A stretch of 64,000 nt of DNA from a virus (IMGVR_UViG_3300014205_000023:1481-65480); one strand, 5' to 3'; shown: positions 1 through 9,910, counted from the first letter of the stretch. Program-made: numbers and translations. Notes: generated by a model not told the origin, from the sequence alone.

Positions 1-411
1 GTCTGCGCATCCGCTTCGCACGACGCCGCCGACATTCGCGGCAGGCTCGGGCGCGGTTGCGATGTTGAGTCGGGTAACGCCCTTGCGGATGTCCAGCAGC
101 TCCTGGCGCGTGACTTCCAGCTTCTTGATCCACTCGGCGCGGATGTACTCGGGGTGGCGCCGCGCCAGGTAGCACTCGGCCACGTCCAGCACGAGCCGCT
201 TCAGTTCAGACGGTGCGCCGGTGCCAAGCGCGCGCAGTGCCGTCAGGTCGTACACCGGAGTTAGGAAGCCCTCGACGTATCCCTCGGCGTCGGCAATAAC
301 GCGCGTCATTGGGTTGACGTCGGCGGCACCGTCGGCGTTGTCGTCCAGGATCTGCCGGACCACGTCCGAGCTGATCCGGTCTTCCAGGTCAGTCTGTACG
401 ACGTAGGTCAT
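1..411 (-). CDS. Mu gp36-like (DUF1320) head-tail adaptor, 3'-truncated by window edge
   Basis: Manual translation from ATG 411: MTYVVQTDLEDRISSDVVRQILDDNADG...IADAEGYVEGFL..YDL...ELKRLVLDVAECYLARR..., open to base 1. Typical gp36 pattern, and position downstream of the capsid gene. Confidence 0.8.
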   Translation of the reverse strand, partial: MTYVVQTDLEDRISSDVVRQILDDNADGAADVNPMTRVIADAEGYVEGFLTPVYDLTALRALGTGAPSELKRLVLDVAECYLARRHPEYIRAEWIKKLEVTRQELLDIRKGVTRLNIATAPEPAANVGGVVRSGCAD

Positions 412-414
412 GGC

Positions 415-1146
415 TCACAGTGCGGCGCCAAGGAACACGAGCCCGGCGGCCTCTGCATCCTTGTGCTTGCTGACCGGCAACAGCTTGGCGTCGCCCGGTA
501 CCCAGTAGGGAACGACCAGATCGCCGACCGTGACGCGCGTGCCCTTGCCGGTGTGCTTCCAGCGCTCGTGCGGCTCGTCCCTGTGCTCGTCGAGCGGCAC
601 TAGGCCGAACCGGCGCGCGGCAGGCTCCCACGCTTCGGGGATGTGCTTGACGTCCCCGTGATACCAGCGCACGGCGCGATCCACGTCGGTCTTGCCGATT
701 CGGATCGTGGTGAACGCCAGCGCACGGGTCGGCCCGGTGTTGATCCACTCGCGGCCGATTGGTTGCTCAGGTGCTGGCGCGGGCTCGTGCTCGTCGGCGC
801 CGACCATGACAGGGGGCGCGTCGAGCGGCGGGCTGTAGTCCTCGATAGGAACTAGGCCAGCGCTCTTGGCGTCCTTCCAGGTCTCGGCCGGCAACGCCTT
901 CGCCTCGCGGTGGCGCCAGTGGATGCGCCGCATCACCTTGCGCCCGTCAATCGTGAACAGCAGCGACACGTCGAGCGCTGCGCCTGGGTTGATCCATTGG
1001 CTTGGCTGCATAGTGTCTGCCACTGCGGCTTGCGCGGGGCCCTGGGCGGGCAGACCGAAGTCCGCCGCGCCCAGCGCCTGCGCAGGGTCGGAGGGGGAGG
1101 AGGCGGGGCCCTCCGACCGTCGCTTGTGCCTCCTAGATGCGCTCAC
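415..1146 (-). CDS. Hypothetical head-region protein with three internal ~50-aa repeats
   Basis: ORF abuts capsid stop. Repeats end AKSAGLV / ARRFGLV / AEAAGLV. Confidence 0.7.
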   Translation of the reverse strand: MSASRRHKRRSEGPASSPSDPAQALGAADFGLPAQGPAQAAVADTMQPSQWINPGAALDVSLLFTIDGRKVMRRIHWRHREAKALPAETWKDAKSAGLVPIEDYSPPLDAPPVMVGADEHEPAPAPEQPIGREWINTGPTRALAFTTIRIGKTDVDRAVRWYHGDVKHIPEAWEPAARRFGLVPLDEHRDEPHERWKHTGKGTRVTVGDLVVPYWVPGDAKLLPVSKHKDAEAAGLVFLGAAL

Positions 1147-1148
1147 GA

Positions 1149-2360
1149 TCAGATGGGGCTAGTGAGCAGGTAGCTGGTCGTGGCGGCCACAACCAACTCG
1201 TCTTCGAGCACGCTGACCTGGGCCTTGTAGCTGCCACCGTGACCGGCGAGCGGCTTGAACTCGACCTGAGTGAGCGGCTGGCCGCAGCGCAGCACCCAAC
1301 CGAAGGCGGCGTTGCGGATGCTGGGCGGGCCGCGCCGGACGATGCCGAACACGTCGGGCCACACGCGAAGGAAGGCAGCCGCGGCGCCCTCGGCCGAGCT
1401 GTCGTACCGGGCCTTCGTCACGAAGTAGTCGGCCGCGCCGAAGAACTTCGCGATCATCGCGGGAGTTGCGAGGCCGGGGCTGGAGCCGTTGTACTGGAAC
1501 AGCGCCAGAATGTCGGGGTGACGGCTGAGGACGTTGTAGACGCCGGACGAGCTGAAGAACACCCACTCGCCGCCGCCGAAGCCCTGCCAGCACGCATCCA
1601 TCGCGGTCTGGATGTCGGCGATCGGATTGCCGCCGCCGGCCGTGTTCCACCGGTCCGCCGCGGGAATGACCGCGGTGTTGGCGCCGTAGCTACCAGCTGC
1701 GCCGGCAATGGCTGCGATGCGCACTTCGCGCTGCAGGGCCTCGATGTCGGCAATGGCCTCGACCACGTCAACCATCTCGTCCAGCGGAGCGTCTTGATTC
1801 TGCAGGGTGCGAACCGAAACGCGATTGCTCAGCCCGTAGCACTCGCACGCATAGCTGGTCGTGCTGCGGGTCTCTTCGATCTCGTTCGCCTCGCCGCCGT
1901 CAGCCATCTGGTCGTTGGGCAAGCGGAGTCGGTCGCTCTGGCCGTAGGTCGGAATCACACCGCCTTCTTTGGCGACCTGAACCACCGGCATCAGCTCGGT
2001 GCCCACGTACGCCTCGTTGGCGTACTGCACCGACACGTTCGAGAGCGTCGAGTTGGTATGGACGTCGCCAGGAAGCACGCCCTTGGTGCGCAGGTCGACG
2101 AGACCACGGTTCGCGGCGGCAAAGGCCGCAACGTCGCGCGGGTCGTTCGAGCGGGCCACGTCGGCAAGGGCCGCGCGAAAGGCGCGATACTTCTGCCCCG
2201 CGGTCATGTTGCCAGTGCGCTCGGCGTGCTGCTCACGCCACCGAAGCAACGCCTGGTCCGTGAGAACCGGCGCCTGGTCTTGGACCTTGGCTGCGTCAAG
2301 CAGGCGCTTGACCTCGGCCACGTCGTCCTGAGTGAGCTGAACCAGCTGAGTGTTATCCAT
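1149..2360 (-). CDS. Major capsid protein (gpE-like) with ~90-aa N-terminal extension
   Basis: 403 aa; TNSTLSNVSVQYAN..YVGTELMPVVQV..GG.IPTYG pattern seen in gpE-family capsids; follows protease and decoration genes. Confidence 0.85.
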   Translation of the reverse strand: MDNTQLVQLTQDDVAEVKRLLDAAKVQDQAPVLTDQALLRWREQHAERTGNMTAGQKYRAFRAALADVARSNDPRDVAAFAAANRGLVDLRTKGVLPGDVHTNSTLSNVSVQYANEAYVGTELMPVVQVAKEGGVIPTYGQSDRLRLPNDQMADGGEANEIEETRSTTSYACECYGLSNRVSVRTLQNQDAPLDEMVDVVEAIADIEALQREVRIAAIAGAAGSYGANTAVIPAADRWNTAGGGNPIADIQTAMDACWQGFGGGEWVFFSSSGVYNVLSRHPDILALFQYNGSSPGLATPAMIAKFFGAADYFVTKARYDSSAEGAAAAFLRVWPDVFGIVRRGPPSIRNAAFGWVLRCGQPLTQVEFKPLAGHGGSYKAQVSVLEDELVVAATTSYLLTSPI

Positions 2361-2377
2361 TTTCTCTGTGTCCCGGG

Positions 2378-2788
2378 TCAGACCGACTCAACGAAAGAGC
2401 GGCCGTGGAAGTGCAGTCCAACGATGTCGCCGGCAACGCCGGTGTCTTCGAACACGCCGAAGGTCGGCGTCACCGTGTCGCCATCGGCCAACGCCGGGGC
2501 GTCACTGAAACCATCATTCATGGCATCCCACGCGGCGTAGACGCCAGCGGTTGCGCCGGCCGTGCCGACGACAACGGGGATGCAACCGGAGCCAATGGCG
2601 TAGACTTTCACGCCAGCTCCAGCCGCTGCGGTATGGGCCGCAACGTACATGCCACTGGCCGCGGTCGTGCAGTTCACGACCGTCGCGGCCAGTGCGGTTC
2701 GCTCAAGCAGGAAGCCGCGAGTCACGGCGCCGAGCGCCGTCACGGTCTTCTGCATGCTAAACTGCTCGTCAATGCGTCGAGTAGCCAT
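2378..2788 (-). CDS. Capsid decoration/cement protein (DUF2190-like), copy 2
   Basis: 136 aa, Ala/Gly-rich beta protein ending GVFEDTGVAGDIVGL; between scaffold and capsid genes. Confidence 0.75.
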   Translation of the reverse strand: MATRRIDEQFSMQKTVTALGAVTRGFLLERTALAATVVNCTTAASGMYVAAHTAAAGAGVKVYAIGSGCIPVVVGTAGATAGVYAAWDAMNDGFSDAPALADGDTVTPTFGVFEDTGVAGDIVGLHFHGRSFVESV

Positions 2789-2800
2789 GGCGTCTTGCTC

Positions 2801-3211
2801 CTACGCAGACTCGACGAACGTGCGAGGCTGGAACCAGAGGCCAACGATGTCGCCCGCAACGCCGCTGTCCTCGAACACGCCGTAAACGGCCGTGACGGTG
2901 TTGCCGTCGGCCAATGCTGGCGCGTTGGTAAAGCCGTCGTTCGCGGCTGCCCATGCAGCGTAGGATCCGGCCGTTGCGCCACCGGTGCCGACCTCGACAG
3001 GGATGCAACCGCAGCCGGGCCCGTACACCTTGACGCTCGCCCCAGCCGCGCCGGTCTCGGCAGCGACGTACATTCCGATCGTCGCCGTGGTGCAGTTGTT
3101 CACAGTCGCGGCGCCCGCGGTGCGCTCCAGCAAGTAGCCGACGGTCGCAGCGCCAGCGGCAACGACGGTCTTTTCCATCGCGTACAGTTCATTGATGCGT
3201 CGAGTGGCCAT
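2801..3211 (-). CDS. Capsid decoration/cement protein (DUF2190-like), copy 1
   Basis: 136 aa; colinear with 2378..2788, about 99 of 136 residues identical by hand alignment. Confidence 0.75.
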   Translation of the reverse strand: MATRRINELYAMEKTVVAAGAATVGYLLERTAGAATVNNCTTATIGMYVAAETGAAGASVKVYGPGCGCIPVEVGTGGATAGSYAAWAAANDGFTNAPALADGNTVTAVYGVFEDSGVAGDIVGLWFQPRTFVESA

Positions 3212-3219
3212 GATTCTCC

Positions 3220-4311
3220 CTAGCGGCTCAGGTGAGCTTCCACGCGGCGCTGTAGTGCCTCGCCGCTATCAGTCGTCTTGGTGGTCGGCTGCGGCAGCGG
3301 CGCCGTGCCGATCGTCGTCTGCTTGTCGAGCAGCACCATTGACGGGCGCGCTCGGATTGCAGCGAGTTGCTTGTCGTACAGGTCGCGATTGACCCGGAAC
3401 AGCTCGACCAGGCCATCCACCTCGGCCGGCACGATCTTGGTGCCGAGCAGCGCGGACAGGTCGCGGCGACACAATTCGGTGGTGGCCTTGTCGGCTCGGG
3501 CCTGTTGCTCGGCGCGCGCTGCTTCGAGGGCCACGGCGCGCTCGGTCAGCGCGGCAATGGTCGCATCGCGCTCGGCAATGGCCATCGCGAGTGAAGCGCA
3601 GCCGTCGTCAGACACGGCCACAACGGGCGCTGTCAGGTCGGCCATTGGCCCGGGCTCGTCGGCCACGACCTCGACCGGTGCCGGCTCGTCGACCACGGGC
3701 TCCGCAACGATGGCAGGCTCGGGCTCGGCCACGGGCTCCACCGGCTTGGGCTCCTCGGCCTCGACCGGCTCGGGAACCGACTGCATCTGCTTTCGCTTTG
3801 CCATAGCCTTTTCGCGTCGCCTCGCCTGTGCGTCCGGGTTGGCCGGGACAGGGGTCACGCTGAACTCAATCAGCTCGTTGTCTGCGAGCACCACGACGTC
3901 GTTGCCGTCGCGCATCTCGCTGCGCAGCTCGTTCGGGATGAAGCCAACCGAACCGGTTCGAAGCACGCCCTCGCGAACGAGTTGGAATGCCTGCTCGGCG
4001 CGCGGGTTGGCCCTCTCGGATGCGAAGACCACGGTTCCGCGCAGCTCGCCGTCGACCACGCCGACATTGACGGCCTTGCCGATTGGCAGCTCGCGGCTGT
4101 CGTGCGACCAGAGCACTACGGGGTTTGAGGCGTAGCTGTCGAGTCGCCAGGTTTGCTCGACGATTTCGCCGTATCGGTCGATGCGGTCGGTGCTGAAGGT
4201 GAAGTCGACTTCGCGCGAATCTTCGCGCATCGCTCGCACGTGCACGTCTCGCGTGCAGAGATCGCCCTGTCGTGCATCCATTCGGGCTGCCCGTTTCTGT
4301 TGCGGCAGCAC
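3220..4311 (-). CDS. HK97-family prohead protease fused to C-terminal scaffold
   Basis: DRYGEIV..LDSYASNPVVLWSHD..LPIGK, GSVGF, ELIEFSVTPVPANPDA; followed by Pro/Glu-rich linker and coiled coil. Confidence 0.9.
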   Translation of the reverse strand: MLPQQKRAARMDARQGDLCTRDVHVRAMREDSREVDFTFSTDRIDRYGEIVEQTWRLDSYASNPVVLWSHDSRELPIGKAVNVGVVDGELRGTVVFASERANPRAEQAFQLVREGVLRTGSVGFIPNELRSEMRDGNDVVVLADNELIEFSVTPVPANPDAQARRREKAMAKRKQMQSVPEPVEAEEPKPVEPVAEPEPAIVAEPVVDEPAPVEVVADEPGPMADLTAPVVAVSDDGCASLAMAIAERDATIAALTERAVALEAARAEQQARADKATTELCRRDLSALLGTKIVPAEVDGLVELFRVNRDLYDKQLAAIRARPSMVLLDKQTTIGTAPLPQPTTKTTDSGEALQRRVEAHLSR

Positions 4312-4320
4312 TCGGCGCCG

Positions 4321-5730
4321 CTATGCGGTTTCGTCATCGGTGGCTGACTCGTCGCTTTCGAGGTCTGTCAGGTCCACGTCTTCGCCGTCGTCTTGCGGCG
4401 CGGCCGGCGCTGGCGGCTTCGGAGCTTCAAGCAACTGCTCGCCGTCGCGCGGCTCTGGCTGCCCGATGTGCTCGTTGACCCACGCCACGGCCACCGGGTG
4501 GCCAACCTTGACCAGATCCGAAACGCCTCGCGCGAACTCGGCCACGTTCTGCGGCGTCGTCGTCACAATGCGCAGGCGCGGAATGGGCTCGGCATCGCCG
4601 AAGTTGAGCCGCACGATCCATGCAACCAGGTCGCGCCGAAGCGTGCTGGCCGCCGCAAGGGCGTCCGCGCTGCGGATGTCCATGCGCACGGCGGCGTGCA
4701 CTTCGCCAAGGCTGCGCGCGCCGCGCCTGCCCTGGTCGGTCGTGAGCGTCTGTCCTAGCGCCGCCTTGCTGATCTCGGCGCCGAAGAACTCGGCAAGCGC
4801 TTGGTGGTCGCTTGCGTCGCCCTTCCCGGCGGCGTTCGGCTGGCGAATGTCCAGCTCGACGCGCTCGCTGATTGTCGCGATCCCGTTGCTGGTCAGCGCT
4901 TCGAGCGCCTCAACCAGCGCGTCAATGTCCTTGCTGGTCGCGCCTTCCTTGTACTTGCCAATCCGCCATGGCTTCCAGGCAAGCTCGGCCAGGCGCAGCC
5001 AATCGCTGAAGTCCCAGTTGCGGAACAGCGCTGGCCAGATCAGAACCCGTAGCAGGCCCTCGCGCGCCGGCACGTCGCCGAGCACTCGTGGCTGGTGCTG
5101 AATCCACCGGCCTGGCCAAGCCTTCTGTACGTCAATCTCCGGCTTGCGCATGCCGGTGACAGAGTCGTCCCATTGGACGAGGGCCCCGTCGGAGTCGCGG
5201 AAGCAGAATCGGCGCGGGCTGTGACAGATGAAGCCCGCCGGCAGAATGGCGCCGCCATCAACTCGCCAGACGGTCTCGGATTGCGCATAGCCCCAATAGA
5301 TCCCGCCCTGCATGTGGACGAGCAGATCCTGTAGGCCCTTGATCTCGGGCGACAGGCCGAGCGCCTGTTCCAGTGCGTCCTCAACGAAGTCCGCGACGAG
5401 TTGCGCGCGAGCGGTCGGGCGCGTTGCTCCGCGCTCGACGTAGGGCTGTACCTGCAGGTCGAGGCCGCACAGCGCGGTCTCGCGCGTGAACAGCACCGAA
5501 TGCAGGTGCCCATCCTTCTGGCGGGCCTCGTTGCCGAGGTCAACCAGGTCGGTCGTGTATCCGAGATCCGCGCTCTGCAGGATCGTGCTGACGCGCGCGG
5601 GCGTGAGATTCCCGCCGATGCGCCGCATCTGGTCGGCTAGCGGCTGAGTCCCGATAGAGGACCCAGACGCTAGCTCGACCGTCGGTGTCGAGCGCGTCAG
5701 CGCGGACCGGATTCGCGACCAGATGGCCAA
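4321..5730 (-). CDS. Portal protein, Mu gp29-like (DUF935)
   Basis: KDGHLHSVLFTR, WGYAQSETVW, WLRLAELAWKPWRIGKY, EISKAALGQTLTT, GARSLGEVH motifs. Confidence 0.9.
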   Translation of the reverse strand: MAIWSRIRSALTRSTPTVELASGSSIGTQPLADQMRRIGGNLTPARVSTILQSADLGYTTDLVDLGNEARQKDGHLHSVLFTRETALCGLDLQVQPYVERGATRPTARAQLVADFVEDALEQALGLSPEIKGLQDLLVHMQGGIYWGYAQSETVWRVDGGAILPAGFICHSPRRFCFRDSDGALVQWDDSVTGMRKPEIDVQKAWPGRWIQHQPRVLGDVPAREGLLRVLIWPALFRNWDFSDWLRLAELAWKPWRIGKYKEGATSKDIDALVEALEALTSNGIATISERVELDIRQPNAAGKGDASDHQALAEFFGAEISKAALGQTLTTDQGRRGARSLGEVHAAVRMDIRSADALAAASTLRRDLVAWIVRLNFGDAEPIPRLRIVTTTPQNVAEFARGVSDLVKVGHPVAVAWVNEHIGQPEPRDGEQLLEAPKPPAPAAPQDDGEDVDLTDLESDESATDDETA

Positions 5731-5742
5731 GGCTGTTGACCG

Positions 5743-7626
5743 CTACTCAGACACGAAGACGTCCAGCACGTCGTTGGCCTGGATGTTGGGCGGGGCGCCG
5801 CCGGCCAGCGCGATGCTGAGCGAGTTGCCGACGATGGTAATCGCTTCCATGTTGGCGTGGGTCGTGCGGTTGAGCACCACGTAATGGTACGGCGTGAAGT
5901 CGAAGTGCAGTTGCAGCGTCGCCTTCGCAATGTCGGCCGCCAATACCGTGACGACCGCGCGGCTGTGCTGCAGCGAGCCGGCCAGCGCACCAAACCGGCA
6001 CGTTGCGTTGTCCCAGATGTCCGTGACGGTGGTAAGCCCATCGGCGCAGGCCGCGGCGGTCGCGCTCGGGCAGGGAGTGCCACCAACGGCATCGGCGGAA
6101 ACGATCGTTACGTCGCCGACCGTCACGTGGTCGACCTCGGCGAAGAATGCCTCTGTCGCAACCTGGTTGGCGATGATCGCGGGGTTAACCGTGCCATTGA
6201 TTGCCGCAACGAGGTTCGTTCGCGAGTTGACCGATGCGGCGCCGTTGTAGACCCAGATGCGGGCCGCGTCGCCGCCGGTCGGTGGCGTGTCACCGCGGAA
6301 CTCGTACACGTCAGCGCCGATCGTCACGGTATCGCCGGCCGCGGCAGCTCCGGGAGCGCCGAGCAGGCGGAGCCGGTTCTGGGCCGGCATGCCACTGAAG
6401 ATGTAGCCGCGGTGCCAACGGCCCGTGCCAGCGGTCGGCACGATGACGCCATTGCTCGCCACGGCTGCGCTCGTGGCGCTGAATCCCCAGGGAGTCATGT
6501 CGTCAATCTTGACGAGCGCCATGGCTTCCATGCGGCCAGTCGCAGCAATCGCGCGCACGGCAGCAGCGTCAGCGACCGGAGCGTGAAGCGCGCCGGTCAG
6601 CGCGTCCTTGCGCAGCCAGCGGCCAACGGCGCCGGCGGGAACCTGGCACCAGTCCGACGCGGCAGCGGCGCTGCCCAGGTCGTACATCCACAAGGTCATG
6701 TCATCGAGCTTGCAGACGAGCATGCCGTCGACGAGCCCGGCGTCGACAATCGCGACCAGTGCGGCATCGTCCGCGACAGGCGCGTGCGTGGCGCCAGTGA
6801 GCAGGTCGGTTCGGAGCCAGCGGCCGGTGCCAGCGGCGGGCACGGTCACCCAGTCGGAGGCGGCTGCGGCGCTGCCGGCATCGAATGCCCAGAGCTGCAT
6901 CGTGTCGAGCTGCACGCAAACCATGCCGTCCGCACGGTCAACGGCTGCGATGGCCGTGAGCGCGGCAGCGTCGGCCACGGGCGAATGGTACGCTGCCGAA
7001 CCGTCGAACTCGCCGAAGGTCAGCGCGGTCGTGTTGAGCGTGATCGCGCCGGTCGTCTTGAGCTGCCGGACGTGGCCAGCGAAGGTGCTGCCCAGCTCGA
7101 CGGGCACGAGCATCTGCGAGGTGACCTCGGCAGACTCGTCCGCATCGGTCGCGCGGGTGAACTGGAACTTGCCAGCGCCGCCGAGCGAGTCGCAAACGTA
7201 GAGCCCGTTGTTGGCGCCGGCTACCTCGTTCTGGATCAGGTAGCGACGGCCAGCGACGGCCGCGACGCCATCGATGTTGCCGAGCGCTCCGGCGACGTCC
7301 GCAAGCAGCACGTTGCCGGTGCGGGTATTGGCAGGGAGTGCCGCAGCGGTCGCGAGGTGGACCGCTTCCTTGTAGTCGCTCGTCGAGCCGGCACCGGCTT
7401 CGATCCAGCGGCCCGAGCCGGAGCCCGGAGCGATCACGGTGTCGCAGGCGGTCGCGGCACTGGTGGACGCGAATTGGAACAGCCGCGGACCGGCCTGTAC
7501 CACGCACAGCATCCCCTCGCAGCGGTCCTCAGCGGTAATCGCGGCCAGGGTGGTGGTGGTTGCAGTGGGCGCGTGGATGCGCTGACCAACCTTGCGGGAG
7601 AACGGTTCGCCACGAGAGAATGCCAT
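5743..7626 (-). CDS. Modular fibre/appendage protein with four HAP..GRW repeats
   Basis: 627 aa; repeats HxPVADxAAL...G.GRW; also a common fibre module (IDGV....RYLIQN....NGLY...TRATDAD.SAEV....GAITLNTTALTF). Confidence 0.65.
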   Translation of the reverse strand: MAFSRGEPFSRKVGQRIHAPTATTTTLAAITAEDRCEGMLCVVQAGPRLFQFASTSAATACDTVIAPGSGSGRWIEAGAGSTSDYKEAVHLATAAALPANTRTGNVLLADVAGALGNIDGVAAVAGRRYLIQNEVAGANNGLYVCDSLGGAGKFQFTRATDADESAEVTSQMLVPVELGSTFAGHVRQLKTTGAITLNTTALTFGEFDGSAAYHSPVADAAALTAIAAVDRADGMVCVQLDTMQLWAFDAGSAAAASDWVTVPAAGTGRWLRTDLLTGATHAPVADDAALVAIVDAGLVDGMLVCKLDDMTLWMYDLGSAAAASDWCQVPAGAVGRWLRKDALTGALHAPVADAAAVRAIAATGRMEAMALVKIDDMTPWGFSATSAAVASNGVIVPTAGTGRWHRGYIFSGMPAQNRLRLLGAPGAAAAGDTVTIGADVYEFRGDTPPTGGDAARIWVYNGAASVNSRTNLVAAINGTVNPAIIANQVATEAFFAEVDHVTVGDVTIVSADAVGGTPCPSATAAACADGLTTVTDIWDNATCRFGALAGSLQHSRAVVTVLAADIAKATLQLHFDFTPYHYVVLNRTTHANMEAITIVGNSLSIALAGGAPPNIQANDVLDVFVSE

Positions 7627-7692
7627 TGTGCAAATGCTCCAATACGGTCGGCGCGTCGTGGCGCCGTGTGGACTTGTGCGGTCAGGCGCTGC

Positions 7693-9264
7693 TCAGCCGA
7701 AGCCGCGAGCGCTGCCGAGTCGGTATGGTGTGGTGCGCGACGAGCCGCGCTCATCGCTGCCGGCCTTGACCGGGAAGCACATCGGCCCGGCGGTCAGGCC
7801 GTATACGGCCAACGCAACAGCGTCGGCGCGGTCTGGACTGCGGTTGAGCCGGCGCTTGAATTGATCCTTCGCCTCAACCCGCATGCGGCCCTTCGGGTCG
7901 CTGTAGTCGTAGCGGGGCGCGGCCAGCTCGGCCTGGAGTTTGGAATCGTCTGGGATGCAGCCGCCGTTACGCAGCCACAATGCCAAGTGGTGCCAGACTT
8001 CGGCGCGCTTGTTAGCAAACCGGTCGGCGTCGACTGCGCGCTCGGCAACGTTGACCGCTGCCACTCGAATGGTCTCGTCGCGGGCTAGCCAATCGTACGG
8101 CGAAGTACCTACGCCGATGACGTCCACCTTGACGAGCGGGCGGCCATCTATCGGGCCTCGGTGAAACTCGGCCGCAATGCGCGATGCCTTCGCGGCCAGA
8201 GTCGGCCCGTCCAGGTTCTTGAACGGTCGAATAGCCAGGATCTTCCTGCCGCGTCGCGCGCAAACCACACTCTCATCGTCGCCGAACCGAGCCGCGTCCA
8301 CGCCAAGCTCAAGCGGCCCGTCGTCTGCGTCCCAGACCAGCTCGTGCGTCTTCTCGTCGCAGTGCGACTTGTAGCGCTCGATTGAGGCCAGAACGTCGCC
8401 GAGCGGGATGATGCAATCATCGGCCGCGGTCGGAAACTCGCCTTCGACGTGGACCTGATAGAGCGCGGTGCCTTGGCCCCACGCTTCGGCCATCTCTTCG
8501 ATCCACTCGGCCGTGGCCAAGCCTTCGAAGCCCTCGACCTCGCGGCCCGCTATGACGTTCGGCGATTGGCGGCTGCTAATTGAGAACGTGCGCCACAGGG
8601 CCGACTTGCTCGCGAACGACTCGTAGAAGAACCCGGCCGGCTTGGTCGGATTCGAAATCATGAGCATCGTGCCGCCGCCGCCCATGTTGCCGAGGATCGT
8701 GTTGAACGCCGAGTCCTCGACGCCACTCGCCTCGTCGACGATGTACAGCTGATGGTGGCCGCTCATGCCGGCGCCGCCCTCGGCGCTCGACGTCGTGTAG
8801 CCCACCACGGAGCGGTTTCCGTCGGGCCAGCGAATGCCCGTGTGCGGCATCTTCGGGATGTGCGGCCAGAGTCCGCCCATTCCGATCTTGCGCGACCGAA
8901 TCACGAGGCGATTGATGTCGCCCCACAGAATCTCACGGACCTGTCTGTCGGCCGTGGCGGTCAGAACCACGCGGCCGTCGTCGTACCGAATCGGCCACCA
9001 CAAGGCCAGCACGGCAGCGATGAAGCTCTTGCCAACCTTGCGCCCGGCCTTGACCGTGACGCGCTTGTGCTCAGCGACTGCCCGGATGATCTCCGCTTGT
9101 TCCGGAATCAGCTGCAGGTCCAAGCACTCCCGCGCAAACAGTTCCGGGTCCTTCGCCCAGTTGGCCAGGTCGGTCGGCCGGGTCTGGTCCAACCTGCTGC
9201 GGCGCTCGTCCAGCAAGTCTCCCAAGATCGTCCAGGATTCTTGCGTAAACTTCGGGCGGGGCAT
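7693..9264 (-). CDS. terL: Terminase large subunit
   Basis: Walker A AGRKVGKS, Walker B YIVDEASG, ISNP motif III, nuclease LGVDAARFGDDESV and SPDRADA. Confidence 0.95.
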   Translation of the reverse strand: MPRPKFTQESWTILGDLLDERRSRLDQTRPTDLANWAKDPELFARECLDLQLIPEQAEIIRAVAEHKRVTVKAGRKVGKSFIAAVLALWWPIRYDDGRVVLTATADRQVREILWGDINRLVIRSRKIGMGGLWPHIPKMPHTGIRWPDGNRSVVGYTTSSAEGGAGMSGHHQLYIVDEASGVEDSAFNTILGNMGGGGTMLMISNPTKPAGFFYESFASKSALWRTFSISSRQSPNVIAGREVEGFEGLATAEWIEEMAEAWGQGTALYQVHVEGEFPTAADDCIIPLGDVLASIERYKSHCDEKTHELVWDADDGPLELGVDAARFGDDESVVCARRGRKILAIRPFKNLDGPTLAAKASRIAAEFHRGPIDGRPLVKVDVIGVGTSPYDWLARDETIRVAAVNVAERAVDADRFANKRAEVWHHLALWLRNGGCIPDDSKLQAELAAPRYDYSDPKGRMRVEAKDQFKRRLNRSPDRADAVALAVYGLTAGPMCFPVKAGSDERGSSRTTPYRLGSARGFG

Positions 9265-9910
9265 GCCGTTCGATTAGGCCAAGGATCGTGTCGTAGACTT
9301 TGCGCGCGTCGGGCGGCAGCGCCTGGCCGTAGTTCACTGGGTCCAGCACAGTGGCGATCCACTGGTTGGCCCTCAGTACCGCGTTAAGATCCTTGACGTT
9401 GGTGAGGTCCGCGATCTCGTTGATGCGGCCGATGCGCCTTGCGAGATGGTTGTGCTTCGCGGTCTCGTAATCGCGCAGGAAGTCCGAGTAGCCGGGCTCG
9501 CCAAGTCGCCCGCGCTGCATCCACGTGTAGATCGTTACCCTCTTGATCCCGACACGAGCCGCCGCGGTCTCAAGTAGGTTGCCCGCCTCGACCTGGCGAC
9601 AGATCGCCGCCTGCGCCTCTCGGCGTATGTCGGCCGAGGTCAACTCCTCGTCCAAGTACCGCCTGGGTCGGCCCAGCTGCTGACCGCGCAGCTCGTCCGG
9701 CACTGGGTCGGTCGGCGCATCCAGCGTGGGGCGCAGCTGAGCGCCGGGATCGCGAAACGTGACCAGGCCAGTCAGGCGCCGCCTTACGGTATCGCCGGAC
9801 ACGCCGAACGTGTCGCCTATCTCGCGAGTGGTAGCCCCAGCGCGGTACAGGATCGCGGCGTGCTGCCAGCGCCTGGCCTCTGCGGCGGCGTCCCGCTCCC
9901 TAGCTGTCAC
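9071..9910 (-). CDS. Probable terminase small subunit with two HTH motifs (start uncertain, GTG 9910 chosen)
   Basis: REIGDTFGVSGDTVRRR and LETAAARVGIKRVTIYTWMQRG HTHs; directly upstream of terL and overlapping it by 194 nt. Confidence 0.7.
   Translation of the reverse strand: MTARERDAAAEARRWQHAAILYRAGATTREIGDTFGVSGDTVRRRLTGLVTFRDPGAQLRPTLDAPTDPVPDELRGQQLGRPRRYLDEELTSADIRREAQAAICRQVEAGNLLETAAARVGIKRVTIYTWMQRGRLGEPGYSDFLRDYETAKHNHLARRIGRINEIADLTNVKDLNAVLRANQWIATVLDPVNYGQALPPDARKVYDTILGLIERHAPPEVYARILDDLGRLAGRAPQQVGPDPADRPGQLGEGPGTVCAGVLGPAADSGTSGDHPGSR

Noticed and set aside
5857-8088. Long plus-strand ORFs (e.g. 743 aa here; also 1137..2540, 42882..44117, 55102..56178)
   Set aside because: Antisense shadows of real genes in GC-rich DNA; Arg/Gly-rich with no motifs.
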